A DNA stretch of 62,098 nt, filler included, from Basidiobolus ranarum (taxonomy: Eukaryota): the NCBI GenBank assembly GCA_040143965.1. It is 25 parts of 25 records of this genome, joined end to end, with 100 filler letters (N's around TTAATTAATTAA, not from the genome) between each part and the next. Parts side by side here need not be neighbours in the genome. Positions count along the whole stretch, not along the records: positions 24,951 to 27,339 come from JASJQH010010267.1; positions 27,440 to 29,827 come from JASJQH010010268.1; positions 29,928 to 32,313 come from JASJQH010010269.1; positions 32,414 to 34,799 come from JASJQH010010270.1; positions 34,900 to 37,284 come from JASJQH010010271.1; positions 37,385 to 39,769 come from JASJQH010010272.1; 19 more parts are not named here. The stretch is one strand, 5' to 3'. Below are positions 25,343-37,407 of this stretch, one piece after another. The notes below the pieces were generated by a model. The model ran no database searches. It had not been told where the DNA came from and was given only the letters and a program-made list of their open reading frames with translations. The position numbers were made by a program, and so were the translations under genes. Position 1 is the first letter of the stretch. Each line of letters starts with the position of its first letter.

Positions 25343-25912
25343 TGTTAAAAGCCTGGTGACCTGTGGTATGAGCAGTAATTCCCAAAGAGGAAAATATGAA
25401 GTACGGTTACTGCATCTGAACACAAAGTCCAAGGCCAATCAGTTGCTTGTATAGCTGAAATGCCAAAGTTGCATACATTAACAGACTAGGTTAAGATTCC
25501 CTACAACATAGGCATAGCATACAATGACTGGTAGCTCAGTGGTTAGAGCACCTTGGCAGAGTGAAGGAAGTTCCAGGTTCAAATCCTGGCCAGATCAATA
25601 TTTCTCCCTAAATAATTTCAATAGGTTATGAGCCCTGGTTAGTGCTAAATCCTGAAATCCGGCTTGGGGTGGAATGTTAAAAGTCTGGTGACTTGTGGTT
25701 CAAGCAGTAATTCCAAAGGAGGAAAATATTGAGTACAGCAACTGCATCCAAACACAAAGTCTAAGGCCAATCAGTTGCTTGTATAGCTTAAAAGCCAAAG
25801 TACTACACATTGACAGACTAGGTTAGGGTTCCCTACCAATACAGGTATAGCATACATGGACTGGTAGCTCAGTGGTTAGAGGACCTTACTTGAATTAAGG
25901 AGGTCCCAGGTT
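25343..25912 (+). mobile_element. TRIM-like miniature LTR retroelement with tRNA-derived cassette in the LTR
   Basis: LTR1 25343-25623 (281 bp), PBS GGTTATGAGCCCTG at 25624, purine-rich GGGGTGGAA ending 25674, LTR2 from 25675 truncated at about 25912. Confidence 0.85.
25525..25597 (+). ncRNA. tRNA-like Pol III cassette inside the LTR (not a canonical tRNA)
   Basis: A box TAGCTCAGTGG, B box GTTCAAATC and cloverleaf stems. Further copies at 25858-25912 and 52070-52142(-). Confidence 0.8.
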
Positions 25913-26520
25913 AGTGGCCTGTAACTGCCACTAGTAGTCTCTCTTGAGCTTCCTCTTCAAAGGTCTTGCAAGCAGTGATGAAAATAAGGAGTGGGCACAA
26001 GTAGTAATTGTTAGTTCAAAACCAGGATACTTTTTATTTGAAAAGATATGGCTGCTATTTATACTTTTCTGGTGTGAGATATGAATACTAATGGGAATTT
26101 CCAGCAAGTTCCAGAGAATTTTATTGGTGGGGATCTGGGGTTATGATATCATCATCAATCATAACATTAGTAATCCATGCAATGTTCCGGAAGGTTGCAA
26201 AATAATCCAGAAAGTCATGGAATGTTACGGCAAAATAAGTTTTGATTGGTCAAAACTCAATCAATCATCAAATGTACCAAGAATCTTGTGGAATGTTTTA
26301 GAAGAGTGTAGAATTTTCCGGAAAATAATAGGGCTAATGTGGGTTAATACTGACAAATCTGAAATAATAGGGGATAATACTAATAGTTTGATATGATTGT
26401 CTAGAAAATATGGGTAAGTCAAATATGGATAATAAAATCAAAATTGTGCTATAGTAATGATATGAGCTTGGAGTGGAAATAAGTCAACCTGCCAGTGGGT
26501 AGCAATGCTGCCCCACTATA
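25912..26520 (-). mobile_element. ~610-bp LTR-like segment of another family
   Basis: Inverted ends TAGTGG...CCACTA(TA). Minus-strand TATAAAT and AATAAA. It interrupts both flanking elements. Confidence 0.55.
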
Positions 26521-27339
26521 ATGGTTCTGATGGAATTAAACTTTGCTACAGGAGCAAATGTTTCATTGTAGTCCACTCCTTCCATTTGAGAGTATCCTTT
26601 AGCCACCATTCTGGCTTTATATCTCTCTACAGGGCCATCAGCTTACTGTTTAACTTTAAACACCTATTTGCATCCAAATGATTTTTGGTCATCAGGTAAC
26701 TTAACCAAAGTTCAAGTTTGGTTATCTATGAGTGACTGATACTTCTCTGCCATTGCAGCACTCAAAAACTTTGTGTTGGGACTCTCTATAGCCTTTTGTA
26801 CTGATTTGGGTTTGTCGGAAAAGGCTAAATTAGCACAAGTCTCTTTTTGGCTAGTGTGAGAGTAGTAATCAGGTGGAGATCTCATCCAATTGGATCTCCT
26901 AAGATGGGAAATTGGCACTACAACTTCTGGTACCAATTTAGGCAATGAAACCACCTCAGGCTTGGTTGAGGACACTGCAGGTGAGAGATTTTCAGTGTTT
27001 TTCTCACTGATCAAGATCTGGTGAGAGAAAGTAGAATTTTCATCAATTTTCGGTTGTTTTTCTTGATCCTGGATTGTTTTGACTGAAAATTTTTCTTCTT
27101 CCACAAATTCCACGTCCCTTGACTTGATTAGCTTCTTATTTTCAGTGTCATATAGCCTGTACCCTTTTGTTCCATCACAATATCCCAAAAAAAGACATTT
27201 CTGGCTTTTTCGGTCTAATTTTGATCTCTTCTGGTCTGGAATCATTGCATATGCGGTACTTCCAAAAACTCTGAGATTAGCCACATCAGGTTTACTTCCA
27301 AACCAAGCTTGATAAGGTGTCATAGCCAATAGAGACCTA
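26521..27339 (-). mobile_element. Ty1/copia integrase C-term/RT start remnant
   Basis: TPYQAWFGSKPDVANLRVFGSTAY, KCLFLGY and [29 protein letters not shown]. Confidence 0.92.
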
Positions 27340-27439
27340 NNNNNNNNNNNNNNNNNNNNNNNNNNNNNNNNNNNNNNNNNNNNTTAATTAATTAANNNNN
27401 NNNNNNNNNNNNNNNNNNNNNNNNNNNNNNNNNNNNNNN

Positions 27440-28917
27440 GCTCTGGCTCCAGCTGATCCCCTTTAGCAATATAATCTTAGGCTTATGGCTAATACCAAGT
27501 TTGATGCTAGACTGACTATTTGGTGAACTGATATCAGTGATTATGTTGAAATCTGACTAAGCTCTTGACAGTAAAATCATCAAGTTTAGTGTTGTATTTG
27601 TATAGTAGTAATGCTTATGCCTGTTTGAGTAAACTCCATTGATTTGATAAAATCTACAGCAAGATAGTGCATTATGCCCGCAAAAGCCTCCAAGTTTACT
27701 GATGGCAGGAGTGTCACCAATACATAGAATGATATTAGCTTTAACAAAATATTCACCCATCTGAACCCCATTAGATAACTGTTCAAATTCCACAACCAAA
27801 GGCTTCAAGAAGCTATTAACAAGCACTGGTGATTTAGGTCCAGATATGAAGGATAGTATCAAAATATCATCACTCTTATACCATTCAGAAGGATGAGGAT
27901 TTAAGTTGATTAAAATTATTGGCCAGCAAGCCTTTCCAATGGTATATTAGTTTAGTGAGAAACAATCCAGAGCCAATGCAAATGCATGATCATACATGTT
28001 CTCAAAGAAACATTGACTTTTCAGATTCTGGTAGTGATATCCATCAAGTATATTGGCAATACCATCAGCTTTACAGTGAGTGCTTTGGTATTGGATCAAT
28101 GATCTATATTTGGGTGATTTCATCAAAACTTTAAGACAGGGAATCAATGGTGTGTAAATCAAATATGAATGATATTTACCTGATTCAGTGATTGCCAATT
28201 GTGTGCAAACAGTACATGACTTCAGGTTTTTCAGATCACTGGGGAAAGCCAAACAACCATTTGGACATGAAGGCAGTTTAATTACTGAAGGATTATAAGT
28301 CATATGATTGACAAGTGTTTTCCACTTATACCAGGTCAGTGGCAAGCAACAGTTACCAATCAACTGTGGTAAAAGTGTAAGAAACCAATAAACACCTGGT
28401 TGCTAAGATTGAATTGAACTCTCCACTCCTCAATAATCAGAGCTGGTTGCTTTACTGTAAGTGCTATGAGTGGACTAATGTTTGCCAATAACAACAAGTC
28501 CGTAACAAAACCATTGTCTTCTTCTTCAACTTCTGATACACTACCATTGGTATTGGAATAACCAAGGTCAACATCTAGCAGCAAGTCCTCAAAGTTGTCT
28601 GGACTTACTTGTTCAACCAAAGTTGAATTTTGATCTACATCATTCTGGTCATATAACTGTGCTAACTACATGGTATCTTGACTTTTGGCAGTGTTACCAA
28701 AACTTTGAGTCAAACTATAGTCAGTGGACTCAATAGGCAAAACTAAAGTCAATTTAGTGCACTTATTACTGTTGTTATACACCAGGCTTTGTGCAGCTGG
28801 TGGCTTTGTACAGTGACCATGCTTGTGATTGTTTTTTCTATGAAGCCTCCGGCTTTCATAGCACAAGAATTTGCAACAATAATAGCAGGGCTTCTTTGAA
28901 TGTTTGTGTTGTGGCAT
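27440..28917 (-). mobile_element. CACTA/EnSpm (Transposase_21/Tnp2-like) transposase pseudogene, 5' half
   Basis: SCPNGCLAF..LKSCTVC, ALALD(G)FSLN, ISGPKSPVLVNSFLKPLVVEF and IGDTPAISKLGGFCGHNALSCCRF. Confidence 0.88.
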
Positions 28918-29128
28918 GAGAAGAATATTGTAGAAAAAAGAACACCTCCCACGTAAGGGAGTTATTTTAGGTATAGCCCATTAATATCATCAGCTGATTC
29001 TTAGATGGTGTCACAGATGAGTCATCAGGAGACTTATGAGATATTTCAGGTAATGGATGGCAATTTTGTTTATTATAAGCTGTTTCTAAGCAATATTATT
29101 ACACCATGTTTACCATCTGAAAATTTCA

Positions 29129-29827
29129 ATGCTATTCAAAAAGAGTTCAAAAGCCAAGTCAAAATTGGCTTCCAAGCCAAAACATGCTGGCTCAAAAGGA
29201 AAAAAACCAGCAAGAACAGTCGACTTAATTGATGAACAGTCTAGCAATCCACTATCCATTTTGGAAGGCATTAACATGCTGGAAACTAACTCAAGTAATG
29301 GTGAAGCATTAATCAATTTACCAGATGTGTTCCTTTCATGCAATAGTGCAAGTGAATGGATTGTAATCCCCCACATACGTAGTATATCAATAGTTGAGCA
29401 AAGTTCAACCAAAACACTGTCAAGACCATCAACTTCCAAAATGGCTACTTTGCCCACTATTGAACAACCCTCCATAGAAAATTTGGATAGAATTATTACA
29501 ATAAGGGAATCTAAGGCAAAACACCTTAATAATTTGTATGCATTTGTAAATAAAAACTATGAAGTTGCTATACAGGCCATGACAAGCAATAACACCACAA
29601 TATTGCAATTAATGCAGCATTTGGAAGCAACTAGTCAACAGTTAGAGAGTCACTGAACAATGATACAAGACCTTCAGAATGCTGTACTTGAGCTACGGCA
29701 TATTGCTGCTCCCTCCATCCATTCTCTTATGGGATTTCAATCAATTCCACACCATACATATGAACATCACCATGACAATCTAGCAGAGCAGAATATGTGT
29801 TGGACCATTAAGCCTACACAATGACCT
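29129..29827 (+). mobile_element. CACTA-like element ORF2 (unknown protein), 5' part, divergent from the transposase
   Basis: Lys-rich N-terminus, S/T-rich linker and a coiled-coil-like segment. Homologous to 35310-36000 and 46190-46860. Confidence 0.8.
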
Positions 29828-30089
29828 NNNNNNNNNNNNNNNNNNNNNNNNNNNNNNNNNNNNNNNNNNNNTTAATTAATTAANNNNNNNNNNNNNNNNN
29901 NNNNNNNNNNNNNNNNNNNNNNNNNNNCAAGCCACAGTTGTCAATCAACTGTAGTAAAAGTGTAGAAAACCCTTAACACCTGGTTGCTAAGATTGGATTG
30001 GACTCTCCACTCCTCAATAATCAAAGCTGTTTCCTTTACTCTAAGTGATATGAGTGGACTAATGCTTGCCAATAAAAAAGAGTCCAAGC

Positions 30090-32155
30090 TATCTAAGAAT
30101 TATAATATTTGATTACCAGTAGATAGGTAATCTTGATGTAAAGATGAGTCTATTGACCAGCAGTGCTAATGAATAACATTAACTGGTATTTACAACCATT
30201 CAACTAAGTATATCCCAGTATACTGGCAAGCTCCAAAATCAATGTGACATGCTTTTGAGTCCCTCTTAGTAGTTACTGATATGGCAACACTATTGGAAGA
30301 TGTTAGCAGTGACTAATTGTTTGCTTGTTCCAATTTTAGCTTTTTGGCAAATCCCACTGGCTTTGATCTTTTGCTGAATGGCCTGGTTTCTTGCAAAAAG
30401 TGACCAAATTCAATGTCCCATTAGGGGCACCATTATCAAGGCCTGCTGCATGTTTACAGCTTTAAACAATGCCTGATCTGCTTTAGTTTACTGATAATCA
30501 GATCACTGCAGCTTCAGAATCCATAGCCCATGAACAACATAGTCCATTGTTGGTAGCTTTGGTCTTCAACCCAAGTTAATTTTGGATTGCTAAGTATATC
30601 TGGCAAATCTACAGTTAGGGACATAATTATTGATCCCCTTATAGGGATGCTCCAATGCATGAGAGCAATTCTGCCAAAGCATATTTGATTAATCACAGAA
30701 TCTGCAGAATTCTTTTGAGACAAGTATTGCATTTAACTGCAAGGTCCTTCTCTTTCAGCATCATTTGCCTGTTGAACCTTCAATATTTAAGGTCCTCATT
30801 GTCAAACTTCTCTGTTAAATCAAAAATGTTAGCAACAGTACTGGTGCACATGATAAAAGTGTCTAGGGGATTTGAAGCATTATCTCTCTTGATTTGGCTT
30901 CCAAGAAAATAACTTAATTCACCCATATCAGTCATCTGAAATTGATTTGATAAGCTGCTTTTTGTCTGATTAAGTGCTTCTGGATCATTTCTGGCTATGA
31001 TCAAGTCATCCACCTATATTGCCAAAATAAGGATTCTTTTTCTGGTTGTTTTGATAGAAATACTATGATCTGCTGAGCATTTTGGGAACCCTAGTGATTC
31101 CCAATAGGTATCTATCATGTTGTATCATGCCCTGGGTGCTTACTTGAGTACATATAGCAGCTTTTGCAGCTTACCGACCACATGAGGTTGTTTTGGGCTA
31201 TCAAATCCATCTGGTTGCTCCATATAAATCTCTTCTTCTAGATTTCCATTCAGAAAGTCTGTTTTTTGCATGTATTAGATGTAGATCAAGGTTATGGACA
31301 GCTGAGAGTGCCAGGATTGATTCAATGGAGCTAAACTTAGCTACTGGAGCAAAGGTTTCATTAAGATCAACTCCTGCAGTCTGGGATTAACCTTTTGCAA
31401 CTAATCTTGCTTTGTACCTTTCCATGGTATCATCATTGTGGTCTTTGACTTTGTAGATATATTTGCAACCTACTTGCCTTCTCCCTGATGGTAGAGGACT
31501 TGGAAGCTTTGTTTTATTGTCCTGAAGTAAAGAAAACTCATAAGAATTTGCTCTGTTCCACATATTGTTTCTGGACACTCCATAGCTTGATCTAGAGTCT
31601 GCAGCTTATGACAGAATGCTGCATAATCATATACCTCATCATTGGAACTGTTCCACCGGTTGCTAGGCTTATTTCTCCTTCTACAAGATCTTCTGGATCT
31701 TGAATCATCCACTGATGTAATTAGGACTAGAATTTTACTTTAATTGGGCTCAGTAACAGCTGGAATCTTGTTGTATGCTTCCAGAATGGTGATGAATTTG
31801 TTTTCTCAATCAAGGACTGTGATTTGAGGTGAAAATATGCTATTTCATTAATGATCCCATCTCTGCACATAACTAACTTCTGATTTTTGGTATCAAATAG
31901 TCTGTAGGGCTAAGATCCACCACAGTAATCAGGAAATATGGATTTTCTGCTTTTGGGTTCCAATTTAGAGCATTTTTGAGCTGGAATTAGGTGGCATGCT
32001 GTATAACCAAAGATTCTGAGATGATCTACACTTGGTTTTATTCCATATGGGGCTTCAGATTGAATAGAATTTTGCACCAATGTTGTTGAGCATCTGTTTT
32101 TAAGATAGACTGCAGTGGAGATTAATTCAGCCCAGTGTTGGTAAACCAACTTTTG
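30090..32155 (-). mobile_element. Rearranged Ty1/copia remnants (INT-RT, then gag)
   Basis: HWAELISTAVYLKNR, ERYKARLVAKG and VDDLIIARND..MTDMGELSYFLG, then a gag-like remnant 30090-30850. An LTR C fragment follows at 32156-32313. Confidence 0.88.
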
Positions 32156-32509
32156 TGTTGAAGTTTATTGTCTTTATCATATTTGTTATCTTTATCTTTA
32201 TTCACCTAACTATTTCATATATCACATATAAGTTAGTTAACATTACTTAGTCAAATATCACTTAGCTGAAAATTGGAACATATATTATATATATATGTGA
32301 ATAATGTGAGAATNNNNNNNNNNNNNNNNNNNNNNNNNNNNNNNNNNNNNNNNNNNNTTAATTAATTAANNNNNNNNNNNNNNNNNNNNNNNNNNNNNNN
32401 NNNNNNNNNNNNNTATATTCTGCTCTCCTAGATTGTCATGGTGATGTTCATATGTATGGTGTGGGATTGATCTAAATTCAATATGAGAATGGACAAAGAG
32501 AGCAGCATG

Positions 32510-34306
32510 TTACTATCATTGTATGTATTGGTGACACTCCTGCCATCAGTAAACTGGGAGGTTTTTGCAGGCACAATCACTGTTGTGCTGTAGATTTTGT
32601 CAAATCAATTGAGTCTACTGTAACAGGCATATACCTTACCACTATCTAAATAAAACACTAAACTTCATGATTTTATCATCAAGAGCCTGGTCAGATTTCA
32701 ACATGATCACTGATAGCAATTCACCAAATAGTCAGTCAAACATCAAACTTGGTATTAGCCATAAGCCTAAGATTGTATTGCTAAAGGGAATCAGCAGGAG
32801 CCAGAGCTTCCTATTAGGTACTATGCACTTACTATTCAACAACAATCCAATACTACTTACTCAGGTATATAGTGAAAAATTCAACATGAACAGGCCATTT
32901 AGATAGGATCAAATTTTAATCAATGAGGAAAATACTTGAAAATGTCAAGGTACCATCATATTTTACCAGGACTCCCATCAATATCCACTCATCTAGGCAT
33001 TTATTCAATTGCAAAGACTGGAAGTATTGGATTTGTATATTAGCAAGTGGAATCTTGAAAAGATTTCTGCCTGATAAGTGTTGGAAACATTGCAAGTTAT
33101 TTGTGTATATTGTGAATATAATTGTATGGCATCCACTCACATTGGCAGATCTCAGGCAGATACAAAAACTGTGCAAAGCTTTTGGAATTAGATATGAAAA
33201 ACTTTATTAAAGGTTTAAAGAAGATAGACTGAATCTATTCAGGTATTCAATACATTCCCTGCTGCATCTTTCAAAATACTTAACACATATAGGCCCTTGA
33301 CATACACTTTGGGAGTTCCAAATGGAGTGCACCTGTGGTGAAATGATGCTCCATGGAAATCATAAGTATTACTCTATGCTAATCTGATTAACAATGCACC
33401 TGCAAAATTGGTGGTGGATGTAATGCAATGGGCTAAGGAGTCTTCAGAGATATTAATCTTCCAACAAAGGGCTTTTTTCAATGTGCTCATGGGTTTTTTT
33501 ATTGCTTGAGCACAATAACAGTAACAAAACCCAATCCATGGACATAGAGTAAGTACCTATATAATTTAGACTAAATTGTTTGTGTGATAATCTGGTTGGA
33601 TTTCTAGGAAAGCTGCAAGGCAGATTTCTTGGTGAGATAGATCAAGATATGCAGTATTATTGTTTTAGCCATGGGGTAATCTATTCAAGCAATGACACAT
33701 CTACTTATGGCAGAACATTTATTGACTGCAAATCCAGGACATATTGGCTGAATTCTTTACAGAAATTTGCCAAAATCCAAGAGCTTTTTCTCATTGTGAG
33801 TGATAACAAGAGTCAGCTATTTGCTAAGTGTCAGTGCTATTGAAAATTTCCAATGTTTAGTAATTTTTCCACCATTAGTTTGCTGATAAAGCATATTGAT
33901 GCTGTTGAGTTATGTCCAATCAGTCAAGTATGTGCATATGTAGAGGCTAAACACAACAGGATTCATGTATTTTTTGATTCTCATTATGACTGGAATACAA
34001 AGCCCATAATATTTGAATAAAAGCATGCATATTAATTCAAATTCCTAAAGCAATAAACTCAGTAATTTGCCATTCAAAAATTAGATTTTTGCAAAAATTA
34101 CTGGATATTGAATAATGCATGCCAAATTTGGGGATCAATATTTTAACATGTAGGAATACTGTCAAAATACCATCAAGAAATCACCATCACACTATCAAAT
34201 TCCCTAGCAGAATGCAAGCCACCAATATTGTGATGGTTCTCTGATGGTTTTGCTATTTTGGAGGGTGGATCCAATCCGGATTAAATCAATCTTATTTTTG
34301 TTAGGG
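32510..34306 (+). mobile_element. CACTA-like transposase 3' half through to terminus
   Basis: GDTPAISKLG, TMHLLFNN, KDWKYW and YSIHSLLHL..GP..LWEF.ME..CG (DUF4218-like). Ends ATTTTTGTTAGGG at 34306. Confidence 0.88.
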
Positions 34307-34799
34307 ATTACTACTATACAAATACAACACTAAACTCCATGATTTTACTATCAAGAGCCTGGTCAGATTTCAATATGCTCACTAATATCAATTCACCAAA
34401 TAGTCAGTCTAGCATCAAACTTGGATTAGCTGTAAGCCTAAGATTATATTGCTAAAGGGGATCAGCTGGAGCCAGAGCTTCCTATTTGACACTATGCACT
34501 TGCTATTCAACAACATTCCATTACTACTTACTCAGCTATAAAGTGGAAAATTCAATATGAATGAGCCATTTAAGATAGGATCAAAGTTTTAATTGATTGG
34601 GAACATGCTTGAAGACATCAAGATACCATCAGATCTTACCAGGACTCCCATTAATATCCACTCATCTAGGCATTTATTCTAATGCAAAGACTCCCGAACA
34701 AAAATAAAATCAATTTGATCCGGATTGGATCCACCCTCCAAAATAGCAAAACCGTCAGAGAACTGTCACAATATCATTGGCTTGCATTCTGCCAGGGAT
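34307..34799. mobile_element. Internal transposase piece of another copy, then a further terminus (CCCGAACAAAAAT at 34693)
   Basis: 34307-34692 repeats 32637-33020, and 34693-34799 is the reverse complement of 34200-34306. Confidence 0.85.
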
Positions 34800-35197
34800 N
34801 NNNNNNNNNNNNNNNNNNNNNNNNNNNNNNNNNNNNNNNNNNNTTAATTAATTAANNNNNNNNNNNNNNNNNNNNNNNNNNNNNNNNNNNNNNNNNNNNT
34901 GGTGGTTTTTCACCAATTGATTTATTGAATAGAAAGTTGACATTTATAGTTGGGTCAGGATGTAAACAAAGTAACATGTAGAATGTGTAAAGGAAGGCCC
35001 CAGGAACATTTGTGCAAAGTTTGGGGTTTCTAGCACAAGTTTGCAAAATCTATATATCTGAGAACTTCCAAGTTGGTAATAATATTCAAAGTAAATACCA
35101 ATTGAGAATAATGGATAATATCTTAGTGAATCATAGGATAACTAAGTACTAAGCTATATATGACTATATAGGTGTTTAGGCAAAGCTAATTTCAACA

Positions 35198-37284
35198 GCA
35201 TCATCAGGGGATTTACAAGATTATTCCAATAATGGATGGCAATTTTGATTTATTATAAGCTTCTTCTGACCAATTTCATTACACTAAGTTTACCATCTGA
35301 TAATTTTATTACCATTCAAAAAGTATTCAAAATCTAAATCAAAATCAGCTTCCAAGCAAAACCCTGTGGGCACAAAAGGAAAAAAACCAGCAAGAACAGA
35401 GGACTTTATTGATGAGCAGTCTAGCAATCCACTATCCACTTTGGAAGGCATTAACATGCTGGAAACCAACTCAAGTAATGATGAAGCATTAATCAATTTA
35501 GCCAATGTATTCCTTTCCAGCAATAGTGCAAGTGGAAAGATTGTAATCCCTAAATTATGTAATTAATCAATAGTTGAGCCAAGTTCAACCAAAACACCAT
35601 CAAGACCATCACCTCCAAAATGGCTACTTTGCCCACTATTGAACAACCCTCCATAAAAATATGGATAGAATTATTATAACAAAGGAATTGCAGGCAGAGC
35701 ACCATAGTGATTTTTATACAATCATAAGTAAGAACTACAAAGTTGCTATACAGGCCATGACCAGCAATAATGCCACAATATTGCAATTAATGCAGCATTG
35801 GGAAGCAACTAGTCAACAGTTAGAGAGTCACTCAGCAATGATACAAGACTGTCAGAATGCTGTACTTGAGCTACAGCAACATACTGCTCCCTCCATTCAT
35901 TCTCATACAGGATTTCAATCAATCCCATACCATACATATGAATGTCACCATGACAATCTGGCAGAGCAGAATATATGTTGGACCATTTAGCCTACACAAT
36001 GACCCAAAATTGCTTGGATGCATGAAAGTAAAAATTTCATAGGAAAACCAGCAAACCAAAAGACTCTGTATGTCAGAGCTGCCATCACTTGCTCTGATGA
36101 TGAGTGGTTTTACATTTTGGAAACTGTGTGGAATCTTGCCCAAAATGACTTCAATTTGAGCCAATTGTGGAAAAACCAAAAACCAGGCGTAACTCTGAAG
36201 GTTCTTGACTTACTTCATGAGGCTTATCCTGTGTTTTGGCAAGCAAATTGCAATTGGGCTAATATAGGCCTACTCATGAAACATCTCAAGTATGTATGCA
36301 GATATTGACTTGGAAAAGAAAGAAAAGCAGGTAAAGAGGAACTCAAGGAGCAGGTAGTCAGTAAGCCCAAGGGAAAAGAAAAAAAACCAGTGAGTTTAGG
36401 CTCTACTGTCCTACTAACCAAATTCTTCACACCATTACAAAGATCTGTATTTCCAGAGTCAGATAAACTGGCAAAAAAGCTTAATTTCACCATGGAACCA
36501 GGTATAACAGTTGGAAGAGTGCTAAATTCAGAAGTTTATCCAACACCTGTCACCTCTCAACAAGCCAAAACACCAGCAGATAAAATGCATGGCTCTCCAA
36601 CCTAAACCATTACTTTTCAAAGTGTTGAAATTAGCCCCAAACTTAAAGGCAAGCAAAGAGCCACACAAATGCTGCAAAGCACCCTTGGTAGTGTCACACT
36701 ACAGCAATGTATAAAAATAGTAAAAGTGCTTGAGAAATATTTTCAAAAGTATGAAGGGAAAAATGCAGTGCAAGTGTGCAGAAAGTGGCTTCAGAAGAAG
36801 AATATTCAACTTGACATTCAGTATGGTGTTTACCATGCAGATACCTAGGAAGAACTTAATACTGAGTGTCATAATTTTGCAGGGCATCCACCAGATAGCT
36901 GGAAGAATGTTAATTCAGCAATGTTATTACAATGATAGGCTTTGATGGAGATATTGATAAAAACTTGTGTTGGATATGAGCTAAACCTTGGGCATGAAGA
37001 ATGATATAAAAATATTCCGGAGAATATATCAAAGAAACTAGGGATTTAGAAGGTGACAAATTAGCATTCAAGTGGTAAATGTGTAAAATTTGAGTTATAT
37101 TTTTTGAACATGTGTTCTCCATAGTTCTCTGAGATTTTAGCCAATCATGTGGAACTATTTTGCCAGATCTTGAAGTTTCACTCCTGAAACTGAAAACATT
37201 GATTAAAATCAAATCTAACTTGACAATTTTATGATGGTAAGTAAATGGTCAATCCAAAATGGATTAAAATTGTGATGGTTTCCC
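35198..37284 (+). mobile_element. CACTA-like element ORF2, near full length (decayed), and right subterminal region
   Basis: Colinear with 29020-29827 and 46080-47220, and with the reverse complement of 13465-14878. Preceded by LTR B (34900-35197). Confidence 0.85.
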
Positions 37285-37407
37285 NNNNNNNNNNNNNNNN
37301 NNNNNNNNNNNNNNNNNNNNNNNNNNNNTTAATTAATTAANNNNNNNNNNNNNNNNNNNNNNNNNNNNNNNNNNNNNNNNNNNNCTTCATCAGTTTATAC
37401 GTTATAG

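Noticed and set aside
25525-25597. Functional tRNA gene or free SINE
   Set aside because: The anticodon loop differs among copies, and all three copies sit at the same place inside a TG...CA LTR with no tail.
29129-37284. ORF2 as a Fanzor/TnpB RNA-guided nuclease
   Set aside because: I see no RuvC motifs or CxxC zinc ribbon in the reconstructed ORF2.
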